A stretch of 63,747 nt of DNA, the filler included, from Welwitschia mirabilis (Eukaryota), in assembly GCA_051453625.1 (NCBI GenBank). It is 7 parts of one record of this genome, joined end to end, with 100 filler letters (N's around TTAATTAATTAA, not from the genome) between each part and the next. Parts side by side here need not be neighbours in the genome. Positions count along the whole stretch, not along the records: positions 50,045 to 52,790 come from JBOZIK010000001.1; positions 52,891 to 60,700 come from JBOZIK010000001.1; positions 60,801 to 63,747 come from JBOZIK010000001.1; 4 more parts are not named here. One strand, written 5' to 3'. This document shows positions 50,540 to 63,715 of the stretch, one piece after another. Below the pieces are notes generated by a model, which saw only the letters and a program-made list of their open reading frames with translations, did no database searches and was not told the origin of the DNA. Position numbers and translations under genes: made by a program. Within the stretch, counting starts at the first letter, position 1; each line of letters begins with the position of its first letter.

Positions 50540-51479
50540 TTACTACTCCTACATTATTGTAAAATCATCTCTGTAATTCTTCTATATGTGCTTCACTACA
50601 TGATCTATTGAAGAAGTAGCCCTCTATACCTAATTGCTAATGTATATGCTTAAGGCACCCTTATCATCAGAATCTTCTACTCTTGTATTGCTTTGAGGCT
50701 TGTTAAAGCAAGCTTGTGATTCCCAGGAGAAGGGATTGAATGTAACCTTGAGAAAAGGTATTGCCCAAAGTGATTGGGTGTTTTGATAACGAAATCAGGA
50801 GGCTGAAAGCATGTTGCTGCCTCTTGTGAGTAGAGTAGGCAAGGATTACCGAACCATTATAAATCTCATGCATAGTCCATTGCTTTTTCTCTTGATTACT
50901 TTTATGCATCATTTTACTTCTTCAATCCTAACACACATTTGTAGAGTTAAGAAAATAATATTTACAAGAAGTAAAATTTTAATCATATAATATTTATCAC
51001 TTTGATCATTAAAAATTTAAAGTTCATTATAAGTATAGGATAAACATCATTTGGATTCTTAAGTTTTAACATAGAAAATTTAAGTGCATATAGATCTTTG
51101 AATTGCACTAAAAAAATATTTTATTAAACATAAGCATCACAAAGTAAAAGTGCTCATCAATAGTAAACTACAACTGAAAGCATAAGCGAAACACAACTAA
51201 TTCTTCCCCTTTTGACAGCAATGTCAAAGAAGCGAAAAAACACACAAGAAAAAATAGAGAACAAACATAATCATATGAAAAGATTAAAACAGATAATATA
51301 ATTCCTATTCTATAACTAACTTCCATTCTGTGGTGTCAGCTTCCTTTGAAGTGGCCTTCAAAACTGAGAGGGTCTGGGTGACTGGGCTTTTATTTTGGTC
51401 AACCGACCACCTATGGTCGACTGACTCATGGATCTGGTTGATCATCCTATAATCAGTCATAGGATAGTAAGATAACCCC

Positions 51480-52790
51480 TAGTGCATTTTTGAGACAAAG
51501 TAAAGTATTAATATTTAGGGGTTTAGTAAAAATATCTGCCAACTATTGATCTGTATTTACAAAGTTCATAGAGATGTGTTCTTTTTCTACTTGATCTCTT
51601 AAAAAATGATACCTTAGCTTAATATGTTTGATTCTTAAGTGCTGAATAGGATTTTTAGATATGTTTATAATATTAGTATTGTCACAAAAGACAGAGACTT
51701 GTTCAAAGTTAACACCAAAATTCCTTAGCATTTCTTTCATCCACATAAGATGAATACAAAAACTACCTACTATAATATATTCTGCTTCTATAGTTAAAAG
51801 AGAGATGGAGTTTTATTTTTTACTTGCCCATCCTACTAAGTCTAAACCTAANNNNNNNNNNNNNNNNNNNNNNNNNNNNNNNNNNNNNNNNNNNNNNNNN
51901 NNNNNNNNNNNNNNNNNNNNNNNNNNNNNNNNNNNNNNNNNNNNNNNNNNNAAACCTAATAGAAAATAATTTCCAATTGTGCTCTTTCTATTATCTTTAC
52001 AACTACCCCAATCAGCGTCATTAAATCTTGCAAGCTCGAAAGATATCTCTATAAGATACCACAAGCCATAATCACATGTGTTTTTTACATATCTAATTAT
52101 TCTTTTTACTACTTGTAGATGTGATTCTTTTAGTTATGATTGATACCTTGCACATATTCCAACACTAAACATAATGTCTGGCCTACTTGAAGTTAAATAT
52201 AGTAAATTGCCAATCATACTTTTGTAAAGTTTTTGCTAATTTATCATTTTCATCCAAACTCACTTTACAAGATGTTGACATAGGGTTGTTAATTGTTTTT
52301 TCATTCTGTAATCTAAAATGTTTGATTAAATCTCTTGCCTATTAGATTGAGAAATAAATATCCCATCTTTTGATTGCTTGATCTCTAGTCCAAGAAACAT
52401 TTTTACTTCACCAAGCATATTCATTTCAAAGTGAGTTGTCATAATAGCTATAAATTCATTTGACAACTTTTCATTTAAGGCACCGAATATAATATCATCT
52501 ACATAGATTTGTATAATAATGAAATCCTTTCTTAAATTCTTTACAAATAAGGTTTTGTCTATAGTTCCATGAATATATTTATTTTCATTTAAAAAAGTGA
52601 CTAGATTCTCATACCAAGCTCTTGGAGCTTGTTTCAATTCATCAGGGCTTTCTTAAGCCTATACAGATGATTAGTTCTATGAGGATTAATAAAGCCTTGT
52701 GGTTTCTCTACATAAACTTTTTTATTTAAAGTATTATTTAAAAAAGCACTTTTCACATCCATTTGATAAGCTTTGAAATTTCTAAAGGCT
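51480..52790 (-). pseudogene. pol: Copia reverse transcriptase + RNase H fragment
   Basis: YQMDVKSAF, LKQAPRAWYE, IQIYVDDIIFG, FLGLEIKQ, RPDIMFSV, DADWGSCKDNRKST and FCDNTNIINISKNPIQHLRIKHIKLRYHFLRD. Confidence 0.95.
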
Positions 52791-54169
52791 NNNNNNNNNN
52801 NNNNNNNNNNNNNNNNNNNNNNNNNNNNNNNNNNTTAATTAATTAANNNNNNNNNNNNNNNNNNNNNNNNNNNNNNNNNNNNNNNNNNNNCTTCTGTAGA
52901 TGATATACTAATGAAGCATAAGATCTGATCTTGAATGTATAGATACAACAAATATTGGATTGTCCTTAGTCAGGAGTTCAATGCCAAGATGCTACAGTGA
53001 AAATCACAAGATTTAGTCCTTCTATTAAGAGTCAAAAAGTTTTTTAGTAACCTCTCTCTTAACTATTTATATTGGAAGGCTTTTAGGGTGTATTATAAGT
53101 AAAAAATGCACTTCCAATGCCTATAAACAACTACAAAATGGATACATAATAGATATACAATAGATAAAAGATTTTATTTTTGTTCCAATCAGTAAAACCA
53201 TCAAAAGCTTAGTCGATCCCTCCTAGTACCATAACTTAAACAAGTCACCCAAGTGAACTTTCTAGTCATCCCAGTTTCTTATGGCTCACATATATGTCCA
53301 GTTTCCCGCTAGTTCTGATAAAGATTCATTCCAATTTCCTGCATTAGATCTGATCAACCCCTCAGGTGTCTGATGGACTTCTTGACGATCAACTTAGGTA
53401 TATCAAGTTCATATTGCTTAGGTCCAGTTGATCCCTCAATGGTCTAGTTAACTCCTTGACAATTGATACAGGAATATTGTTCTTAGGTTCACAGATCTGA
53501 TGGAACCCTTATAGGTCCAATTTACTCCTTGTCAATTAGTTCAGTATACTATTCTTAGGTTCACAGATCTGGTCAATCATTCTAAAATTTAGTCAACCCC
53601 TTTGAATTCAGTTTAATTCTGAGAGTATGCTATAGGTGCGGTCGACCCCTTGAAATCCAGTCGATCCCTCAAGAAGATAAGTGAATTTGATAGGTTTGTA
53701 GTGATCAAAAAGTAATATTCATAGCTTCAGCATCTGACCTATAAGTGATTAATATTTTCTGTATAAGATACATAAAATTTGCTTCACAGAAAATATTAGT
53801 TTGATATCAATTGACAAGACATAATATAACAGTAAGAACATGCAAAAATAACTAATTACTAATATCATTGAAAGAGAACAAAAGAGCTAAGGAATCTTCC
53901 TTTTGAATGAAGTTCATAGACGTACAAATGTTTTAAGATTGGGTGAATCCAATCTTATCATTTTAAAATGCCCAAATAAAATATTACTAATCATGGTAAC
54001 CTCATAAAGTAATACATAAGTTAAGTTAAAGATATTCAAGTGATAGCATGATGTCTACCTAAGGAATGAGTTAAGAAGGAATTTAAACAATAGTAAGAGG
54101 GATGTTCTCCTCATTAAGAGGTACTTTCAAGACAAGTGCTTCTATCATGTTCAAGGTTTCATTAATAGA

Positions 54170-55127
54170 TGACTCATAGATTTTAACCTTTGTCTATTAA
54201 GTTTTTGAATTTCTCAAGTGTTTGGATTAGAGATTTCAACTAAGCCATTATTATGTACTTTTTCTATAAGATAANNNNNNNNNNNNNNNNNNNNNNNNNN
54301 NNNNNNNNNNNNNNNNNNNNNNNNNNNNNNNNNNNNNNNNNNNNNNNNNNNNNNNNNNNNNNNNNNNNNNNNNNACAAGTGCTTCTATCATGTTCAAGGT
54401 TTCATTAATAGATGACTCATAGATTTTAACCTTTGTCTATTAAGTTTTTAAATTTCTCAAGTGTTTGGATTAGAGATTTCAACTAAGCCATTATTATGTA
54501 CTTTTTCTATAAGATAAGAACCTAATCATTTAGAATTTAACTTATTGTGTAAAATGTGTACTTGGATGTTATACAAAAGGATAAGTTGACTAGATTCAAA
54601 TTACTTATGGAGAATCTTTTTATCATGTTTGAACTTGGTTTGGGATTTATGAATGAGTTGATGATGTATGGCATAAGTAATGTATGGCATAAGTACATTT
54701 TTCATCTAAATGGTTAAGTTGGACTAATCGAGTTCTAAGATTTTCATTCAATTCTACAAGGTTAAGTTGATAGGTGGATCGATAGGAGTTATAGCAAACA
54801 TCAACTAACAAGATACAATCTTTTCCATACATAAGTTCATATGGTGAAAAAACTAGAGAGTTGTACAAAGTAGTACGGTAAGCCCGAAGAACATCGTTAA
54901 GTTTAGAGGACCATGTTTTCTTATTGACAGAGACTAATTTTTAGAGCATCTTTTTAATTTCTCTATTTGTGTTTTAAGCTTGGCCATTAGTTTAAGGATG
55001 ATAAGCCTATGCAATTTGATGTTTAATACCAATGGATCAAAGAAGTTTTTGAAAAAGGTGATTAATGAAATAAGTTCCCTGATCGCTAATGATAATTCTA
55101 GGAAAAACCAAAAAATTGAAAGATATC
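54170..55127 (-). pseudogene. pol: Gypsy integrase C-terminal half of copy B
   Basis: FPRIIISDQGTYF, YHP*TNGQA, WSSKLNDVLRAYRTT, SPYELMYGKDCILLVD and RLVQLNHLDEK, collinear with 1090-1625. Confidence 0.92.
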
Positions 55128-58100
55128 TGTTACGATAAATTTTATTCATAACGATTAAATGATTTTGGTTGATTGCGATTCTATCTAGCACCGTCTTTCT
55201 AACACCAAAAATGATGCTAAAAATTTTTGCAATCTTAATTTTATGTGACAACAACAATGAAACGTTGTACAAGACTTGATACTAGAATTATCTAACAAGG
55301 ACATTTAATAAAAATAAGACTAATTTTGTTTGTCAGTCTATGGATTAAACTAAGAACTCATTACAATTACATGATTTTTTGATAAAATATTTTTTAAAAA
55401 AAGATTATATCTAATAATTAAAAAAAAATTTTAATTTTAAAAATGATGATATAGATTTTTTTTAATATAGTTAAAAAAAAGTCTCAATGGGCCTAATAAA
55501 AAGAAAAGGTTTGAATCTCAGCTACAAGGTAAATAATGATGACATAAAAAAAAGGTAATTCCTTTTTCAACGACTAAACTATCAAAAATATGAAATAACA
55601 ATGTAAAGAAGAAAGCCACTTTAAAAAAAATCACATAATTTTTTTAATTACATGTAGAACCTGCGATCTGTGATTTGCCATTCTGCTATTTCTCAAGGCA
55701 TTTCTACAACATGCTATTTTGCTGTTCAACGTCGCTCCAGTGTCATTTTCTTTGTTGCCTATGATCTCCTTGTTGCCTCCTGGCATTCTCTTTGTGATGC
55801 CGCTGTGATACCTCCGATGCACCTTGCTCTTTGTTGTGCTTTGTGCCTCCTCCACTCATGGTGTATTGCTTCTCCCTGTTGCTGTCTCTACCATGCCTTT
55901 CTTTTCTCTAGTTAATATCTTTTGATGTGCTGTTTTGTTACTGCTTTGTATGTCCCTGCATTCTCTTCGGCGTCTGCATCTCTCTTCTGTGATGCCGTTC
56001 CTCCTCTATGATGTGCGTTTTGGATCACTTCATTTTTCTGATTCCTTTTATCTCTATTAATCTGGATCTCAGAGTTTCCCTCTCCTTAGTTTTGGTGCGT
56101 TCCCATTGTTACGTCTCCCCTCTCTACATTTTTCGTCGCTTCCATCTTTGGTGTGCGTTATGCCTCTATTGTCTAATGCCTCCTCCCATTTTGTCCCCTC
56201 TGATATTATCATTACTTTTTGCTTCTTTCTCTGATCCCTTTTCGATTTTCTATGTTACTGGGATGATCCTTTGCTCGCTCCAATTCANNNNNNNNNNNNN
56301 NNNNNNNNNNNNNNNNNNNNNNNNNNNNNNNNNNNNNNNNNNNNNNNNNNNNNNNNNNNNNNNNNNNNNNNNNNNNNNNNNNNNNNNTATTATCAGTACT
56401 TTTTGCGTCTTTCTCTGATCCCTTTTCGATGTTCTCTGTTACTGTGATGATCCTTTGCTCGCTCCAATTCACTATTTTGCTGCCGTTTAGTTACATTTTT
56501 TTGTGTGCGATCTCCCCCGTTGGCATTTTCTGCCATTGCTCCTTAGTATTATTTAGTGCGCCTATCTGTGCTGCTAATGTGCTTCCTGCTGTTTCCTTTG
56601 GTGTGAGTATTTTAATGCCATTTTCTCCTTCTACTTTGATGAACTGTCGCTTCTCTCCTTGATGTTCCTCTACTCTTCTACTCTAAGAATTACCTCCCTC
56701 TTCCCAGCATTTGATCTCCTATTATTGGTGTTTTTGGCCATGCATCTCTCTTCGTTATTGTCTTTATCTCTGGTGTCTCATTGCTGTTTTTATTTCTAGC
56801 ACTGCTAACTACCTTTTTTTTTGGCCAATCCTCCCTCCTCAAGCTGCTGCGTGCCCTTCTGTTGCTGCTCCATCCTCTGTGGATCCTTCGCCTGTGATGC
56901 TCTTTTGGTCGTCTTCCCTTGCGATTCTCTCTCCTTCTGCCTCCTTTTCTTTTGATGTCATTGTCCTCCCTGGTCTGTGTGGTGTGCTTAAACTGTTATC
57001 TCTTTTGCTTCTCCGGGATCTCTTTCCAAATTTATGCTTGAGTCCAACCTATAGATCTTGATTTGTTGGGATACTTACCAAGTCCGCATGAGTGAAGGGC
57101 ATGTGTTACAGAAGTGCTAGCATTTTTTCATAACCCAAATATTGGCAGACATGTAGTCATTTTCATAGAGCTTTATGCTTTTTATGATATGTATTACCAG
57201 TGAGAACTTTATAGGATAATACACCATAAGCTGCCTACAAAAAAAAAAAAAAAAGAATCCGAATGAAATTAAGCATGACAGAAACTTATGTCCTAGCTCA
57301 GAAAAGTGCTTGCAAAGGCTTGGTTAGCTGGAACACAATTATGGATATTTTATGAAATGTAGTCACTTATTTCCTACTAATTTTATTCTGATTTATTCTA
57401 AATGCAAGTGTTTGCCTCTATGAAAGCCTCCCTGTGCAGCGACTAAGTAGTTTTACAAGATTTCTATGTTGGATTTTAGTTAGCACTTGCACTTCACTGA
57501 TGAAATCCGTATTGTGTTGATGTACACGCAACACATTTCACTGCCTTTCACATNNNNNNNNNNNNNNNNNNNNNNNNNNNNNNNNNNNNNNNNNNNNNNN
57601 NNNNNNNNNNNNNNNNNNNNNNNNNNNNNNNNNNNNNNNNNNNNNNNNNNNNNATTTGAGTGAGCACTTGCACTTCACTGATGAAATCCGTATTGTGTTG
57701 ATGTACACGCAACACATTTCACTGCCTTTCACATACTTGCACTTTTTCTTAAAATAGAGAGGTTGTAAAAGTATAGGAAATGACAGTTTTAAGATCTGGG
57801 AATGAAGTGCATTTACACAGAGCTCCATACTTATGTCAAGTCTTCTTTAAACCTACCCGAACTAAAAAAAAGACTCAAAATTGCACAAGAAACTCTGTCT
57901 CAACTAAACCCCCCCAGACCCGGCAACTAGAGTAATGTACAGAAAGAATTTGAATTGCTTAAAAATATCAACTATCCTGAAAACTAGAAAGCGTTTTCCC
58001 CTTTCTTTCTTACTTAAATATGAATAAAACAAGAAACTAGGATAAACAACTTAAAATTCTTTCACATTGACAAATAATCAAGAGACCAAAGATTCTTTAT

Positions 58101-60700
58101 CAATTTACAGTAAAGAAAAAGAATCTTGGAATTCTATTAGAAAATGAGTCTCTTTGTAGGTGAGAGCGACTGCATCTACCACAAGTCTCAAAAGACTTAA
58201 CAAAACCAAAATGGATAGCGTTTTTTAGTTTTGAGGCAAATCCTCTGAACAGGCTCTTATTTGAGGAGTTCAGAAAATAATTGGAACCATGTCCAGTTTT
58301 TTTTTAGTGAATGGGTCTGATATTTTAAAAGTAGGGACCCCAGTGGCTATAATAGTTGTTGCTTTCATTGTGTGAAAAAGGAGGAGGCATTGAAAAGGAA
58401 GGAGAAATGGGAGAAAATGCAGGTTCTAATATGGGTTCATCAGAGACTGGGCTAAAAGTTGAAAGCTCGAAAAAATACGAGTCATCTTGTGATTTTTTTT
58501 TGGTTATAGATTTTATTTACAGCATAGAGGAGAAAATCAAGATCTCCGTTACTATAACACAAGAGAAAGCCCAACTAGCTCCCATGAGGGATATAAAATC
58601 TTCAGGAATAAACCCTTTAGATCTCTTCAATTCCTCTTTTCATTGAAATATCATATTTAGTTAGCATCAGAAAATCAATCCAAATCCTGATCAAGGCAAT
58701 ATAGGAGAATAATCAAAATTAGCTCTTTTAAGATATGCAAAGCTTTATTGCCATGAAGAATTCTGGCATTACGAAGTGCAGTAGCTCCACAACACCTATG
58801 TCAGTGTTACAGACACCGAATTTATGAACAAATGAAAAAAAGCAAAGGAGAAGTTTTTGTCCAAAAGCCTTCTCTTCCTCAATCTGAATTCACGTTTTTG
58901 CCTTCCACCATTTTGTCTTCACAAGGCTTTGCAAAGTGGTAACTGGTAAGTAACACATATCATATGGATGTAGTTTGTAGCATAGAATTATTTTAAGAAG
59001 TTCAGAGAACACGACTGTAATGCTGCTCACAGATGAAAAAGAAAAATTGAACCAGTTAAATGATAATAGGAATAGTGGGCTTTCTGTCATTGTCATTTTC
59101 TAGGATTTATCTGGGGAAAGTTACATTAACATATTTTGAATCTTCAAAAGAGAAGGAACTTTGGAAGGATTGGAAATGGAAGGTTGATAGATAAAAGCAA
59201 GAAGAATTTCTATGCTACAATATCAGTTCAAACAAAATTGCNNNNNNNNNNNNNNNNNNNNNNNNNNNNNNNNNNNNNNNNNNNNNNNNNNNNNNNNNNN
59301 NNNNNNNNNNNNNNNNNNNNNNNNNNNNNNNNNNNNNNNNNTATTAAATGGTGAAAGAAACCTCTAAACTCTCCAGGTTGTAGATTTGCATTATTTTGAG
59401 GATGATAAATCTAGATAACTGGGTGGTGCCTCCATATTAGATATTCATTTTTTTTAAGTTGCTTGCCAAATTATAAATCACTAGTGTTTTGGATTTGACA
59501 TGTGGACAGAAAATATAAAATGATTCTATTACAGTTGCCCCCTTTTTGACATGGGGTGAATAAATGAATCTCATGTCAAAAACATGAGAAAATTGAACAC
59601 GGATTTTAACCAAGGTCTTTACACTTGCATGTCATTTCAGTATAAAGGTAAAGATTCGATATGATGGAAATTGTTTCGGACGAGTGGTGAAAATGCAAAC
59701 TGAAGGAAATATAGATGTGTGTGTAGATTAGATAATGAGTCATGATTGAATAACAATGGAAGATGATGAAGGAGATGATAATGAAAGTAATAGGAGAAAA
59801 ATGGATGCTTGAGTAAAGTAAAAATAAATCGAACTGATTGTATGAGAGATGGGGGTAATGAAATGGAAGCTAAAATTAGTAAGACCGACGATCAAGAAAG
59901 GGCACATGAAAAAAAAAGGAAGTCTAGGTACTGATGGGTGATAAATCAACTGAAGAGTGGAAATAGTCTTGAATAAATTTATAGTAAATACAAAGAACGA
60001 CTTTGAAGTAATTAATTGTGAATACTAGGAAAAGACTAGGTGGAAATAGACAAACAAAGACATAAAGAAGATCAGTTAAGCATCTCTAAATGTCATCTTA
60101 GCAATGTTTATTAATATGAGTTATAAAATTGTTTGATATCATTGATGATTGTTTAATGCTAAATAACATAGAGTATCACGTGACTAGGACAGTGATTATG
60201 GTGATGCCTATGGTCATTCTGTGGGGTATTGATATAATGTCAGGACTATAACTCAATCCAATCATCAGCTGTGACAGTAAATGAAACTTTGACAATTCAC
60301 TATTCAATGATCAATATGTTCTGAATGCTCGTAAAGTCATCACTTCAGAGTCATGGAAAATCAAGTCAATGAAATTTTTAGAAATCACCATCTACCATGA
60401 TGAAGAAAGTGCAACCACTGCCAAAAGCATAAGGATCTACAAGCTAAAGCTAGATCGTGATCAACTAATGCCCCGATGGAGTTCCCATAGCTATCATATC
60501 ACACTGCCAAAGGCCCCTCTTGAGAATATTTACCCCGGTGTGCTTGCAGTAGAACATCATGATTTTTTTTTCTTTTATTTTTTCTTTTTTTTCTCTTTTT
60601 TTTGGTGAATGATATTGATATTTTATTAATTGACTTGAATTTTCTTTTTTTTTCTTTTTTTTTGGAACATTGATTGATTATTGAGATGGTAAATTGTAAG
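55128..60700 (-). mobile_element. Probable 3' end of a Tat/Ogre-like gypsy element (candidate ~4.4-kb LTR 55128-59533) interrupting the copy B integrase
   Basis: Minus-strand PPT AAAAAGGGGGCAAC directly followed by TGTAATAG at 59533. ...CGTAACA at 55128 coincides with the integrase breakpoint. It shares the conserved 3' segment (60395-60562) with copies A and B. No second LTR or TSD is visible. Confidence 0.45.
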
Positions 60701-60800
60701 NNNNNNNNNNNNNNNNNNNNNNNNNNNNNNNNNNNNNNNNNNNNTTAATTAATTAANNNNNNNNNNNNNNNNNNNNNNNNNNNNNNNNNNNNNNNNNNNN

Positions 60801-61606
60801 TCTTTCTGCAGCCATGGGATGGACCTCCTACCTTCAAGCTTCCGTCACAAGCATATCAAGTACCAAATATGGTTGGAAGTGAAGGAGGGAAGGGGTATTT
60901 ATAGTTTTTACAATGAATCGTAACCCTAGATGTCCGTTAAGGAAACCCTAGCTGTCCACATAGGTCGCTTGATCCCATTTACAATAGTATTTATTACAGA
61001 TGTGTAAAATCATTTGTCGTCCTATTTGTTGTCCACACAACAGTGGGGACGACGTCGCCTTCTTGCCTTGGGTTGTGTGTCTATGTGATACCGTTAGCTC
61101 CATGGGTTACCCATGCATGTTACTGAGGTTGTCATTCTATCTATCATCTAGACGACATAGGGTACGATACCTTAGACTGTATGCCCATGTGTTGTCATCA
61201 TCTGCGTGTGCTATCCTCACATCCATCGTCCTTCCTATCGTCCAGACGACCAAGAGGATGATGCCCTACCATTATGTGCTGCTGTCCAAGTGTTGTGCAT
61301 GAGCTGTTCCTGTGTATCTATTTTTATGAGCTGTCGTCCCCTCTGTCATGAGGACGACAGTGGAGAAGACACTCTTGCCAAGCTCCTTAAGTAGTAAAAA
61401 TTGGTTTTCTTCATCTTTAGTCCTCCTTTATTATGCTAAGTATCAGATCATGCCTGAAATGCCTTCAATTATGCCAAGAATTACATGTTTCTATGATCAT
61501 ATTGTTGTCTCTCCATAATTAGTAGAATTGCATCTAAACCTATATAAATGTCCTACAAAAGTACTCCAAATACATTATCAAATTCCTATAAATTGGCATC
61601 GCAACA
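60801..61606 (-). repeat. 5' part of an LTR of the copy A family, abutting a Sirevirus 3' region
   Basis: The minus strand starts TGTTGCGATGCCAATTTATAGG and aligns to 4609-5460, including the GTCGTCC/GGACGAC motif array and a TATA near 60900. No PPT precedes it. Confidence 0.85.
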
Positions 61607-63609
61607 ATCTTGATAAGTAATTTTATTTTGTAATGCTTATGTTTAATGAGATTAAAATTAAATTGTTTTATGCTCTTTAATTTGTGTTAAATTTTTGTCT
61701 CAGATCCTTTAAAATATAAATCACATTTTTATATGAGCTTCAATTATCTAATATGCTAAATATTATGGGCTGAAATGTTATTATCCCATAGATTCAAATG
61801 TTATCATTCCAAATTGGAAATGAACTTTAAAATTATCAATTATTAAAATGTTAAATAGTTTATGTGATAAAAAATTATGCTTTTCATAAAGATTGTGTAC
61901 TTAACTCTCCAAATGTGCATCTTAAATTTTTTTTATTTTAGAACAAAATTTGACTTATCAAAATGTTTTAAATTAGTTTCAAAAGGCTTAATACTTTAAA
62001 GGTAAAAATGATAGGCATTTTATGAGGGGGAGTTTTATCAACTTCAAATAGTTTTACAACTAAGTATTATTTGCCATCAATATTAAATGGGGAGATTGTT
62101 AGATTATGTTTTGCTAATTGATGTTAAACTAATGTTTTCTGTGTAGCAAATTTTGTGTATCTTATGCAAAAAATGTTAACCAATTGCAGGTTAGATGCTA
62201 GATCCATGANNNNNNNNNNNNNNNNNNNNNNNNNNNNNNNNNNNNNNNNNNNNNNNNNNNNNNNNNNNNNNNNNNNNNNNNNNNNNNNNNNNNNNNNNNN
62301 NNNNNNNNNNNNNNNNNNNNNNNNNNNNNNNNNNNNNNNNNNNNNNNNNNNNNNNNNNNNNNNNNNNNNNNNNNNNNNNNNNNNNNNNNNNNNNNNNNNN
62401 NNNNNNNNNNNNNNNNNNNNNNNNNNNNNNNNNNNNNNNNNNNNNNNNNNNNNTAGTATCCCTGAACCAAATGACAAGGGGTTGATTGGACCTATCATGG
62501 AGTCAATAGGATTTATGAACCTGAGATCAATACTCTTAAACTAATTGTCAAGGGGCAACTGAACCTTTGAAGGGGTCGACCAGATCTAAGAACTGCAGTT
62601 GATATCCCTAAGTCGAACATCAGACTTAATGTAAGAAATTGGAATGATCTTTTATCAGGATTAGTAGGTGACTAGATAGAATTATATGCGACTGGATAGG
62701 GGTCGATTGGACCCTGAGTGATCGACCAGACATGGAGCTGTAAGAAACTGTGGTGACCGAAAACTTCACTCAAGTGACTTATGTAAGTCATAACGCCAGA
62801 TGAGATCGACTAGACTTTTGAGAGGTCGACTGACCAAAATGGAACTAAAATTTTCTATCTATTTTATATCCATTAGATATCTATTTTCTAGATGTTTATA
62901 GCCATTAGAAGCACATTTTCAATTGTAATAAATCCTAAAATCTTTCCAATATAAATAGCCAAGAGAGAGATAACTAAAATAACTTTTTGACTCTCAAATA
63001 TTCTGACATCTACTGTAGCATCTTGGCTTTGTGATCCTAATCAAGAGAGATCTATCATTTGTTGTATCTATACATTCAAGGTCAGATCTAGTGCTTCATT
63101 TGTTGTATTATCTGTAGGAGAAGAGCTTAATCAAAACCATTGTATGAAAGAACGAGTGATATTTGTGCATCTTGGCATTATTGCATCTCTATCTCACATT
63201 GTGAAAGGTTGAGACTTGGCCTACAAAAGTTTGTTAAAAGGTTAAGACTTAGCCTGCAAAAGTCCACTGGAAAGATTGATACTTAGCCTGCAAAAGTCCA
63301 TTTGTAAAGCTTACAGGTGAACCTGTAATACTTGAAAGAATAACAAAGATCCAAATCAGGCTTGGAGATAAGATGATTGTTGAGAGTGGAGTAGGGGATT
63401 TCCCAAACCATTATAAAATCCTACGTGCATTTGTTCAGTATTTTATGCTTTCATTTAGTTTTATTACTTTGAATACTTTTAGCTTTTTTTTGCATGCACG
63501 AATTTATTAGCAAGTTATTTTGAGTAATCTTTTGGTATATTGTGAGTTTATTTAGTTAAGTTTTTAAAGAACCTATTCCTCCCCACCTCTAGGGTTCTCA
63601 ATACTATCA
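61607..63609 (+). mobile_element. 3' region and 3' LTR (62097-63609) of another Sirevirus copy, same family as 40497-53831
   Basis: PPTs TGAGGGGGAG (~62023) and AAATGGGGAGAT before TGTTAGATTATG. TATAAATAG near 62950, three tandem GGTTGAGACTTAGCCT-like repeats, and a U5 CCTATTCCTCCCCACCTCTAG ending ...CTATCA. Confidence 0.9.
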
Positions 63610-63715
63610 GTAAATACTTGATATGCAAATCTTTATAAATAGGAAAATTAGAAAGTTATGGCTATTCCAAGAAAGATATACTTGTTTAACATTAGTGGAG
63701 TAGAACTAGTATGTT

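Larger units (their letters stand above)
42025..50933 (+). mobile_element. Second Sirevirus family element nested in the first (5' LTR 42025-43186; 3' LTR 47128-47820 plus 50545-50933)
   Basis: LTRs run TGTAGAGAC...CCTAACA. TSD CGCAT (42020-42024) / CACAT (50934-50938) differ by one CpG transition. PBS, gag-pol, and multiple PPTs ending AAAAGGGGAAAT before 47128 are present. Confidence 0.93.
40497..53831 (-). mobile_element. Sirevirus-type copia element (3' LTR 40497-41857; 5' LTR remnant 52891-53831) inserted in gypsy copy B
   Basis: TSD GTAAG at 40492-40496 and 53832-53836. PPT AAAGAGGGAGAT precedes TGTTAGA on minus, with extra PPTs near 41925 and 51205. RT-RNase H at 51480-52790 and GGTCGACCC-type motif arrays in both LTRs. 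Confidence 0.92.
37249..55127 (-). mobile_element. Athila/Tat-like gypsy copy B (3' LTR 37249-38679, 3' region, integrase), host of a nested insertion at 40497-53831
   Basis: LTR termini TGTTACGATGC (38679) ... CACCGCAACA (37249) on minus. Sequence either side of the insertion (40441-40496 and 53837-53930) joins into a continuous match to 2490-2640 of copy A. The integrase breaks off near 55127. Confidence 0.88.

Noticed and set aside
55631..57061. Several Cys/Leu/Ser-rich ORFs
   Set aside because: They reflect CT-rich low-complexity composition, with no consistent frame or homology.
37244..61611. Pairing the LTR ending at 61606 with the LTR at 37249 as one element
   Set aside because: The flanking 5-mers differ (AACTC vs ATCTT), the left flank is not Sirevirus sequence while the right is, and a scaffold linker intervenes.
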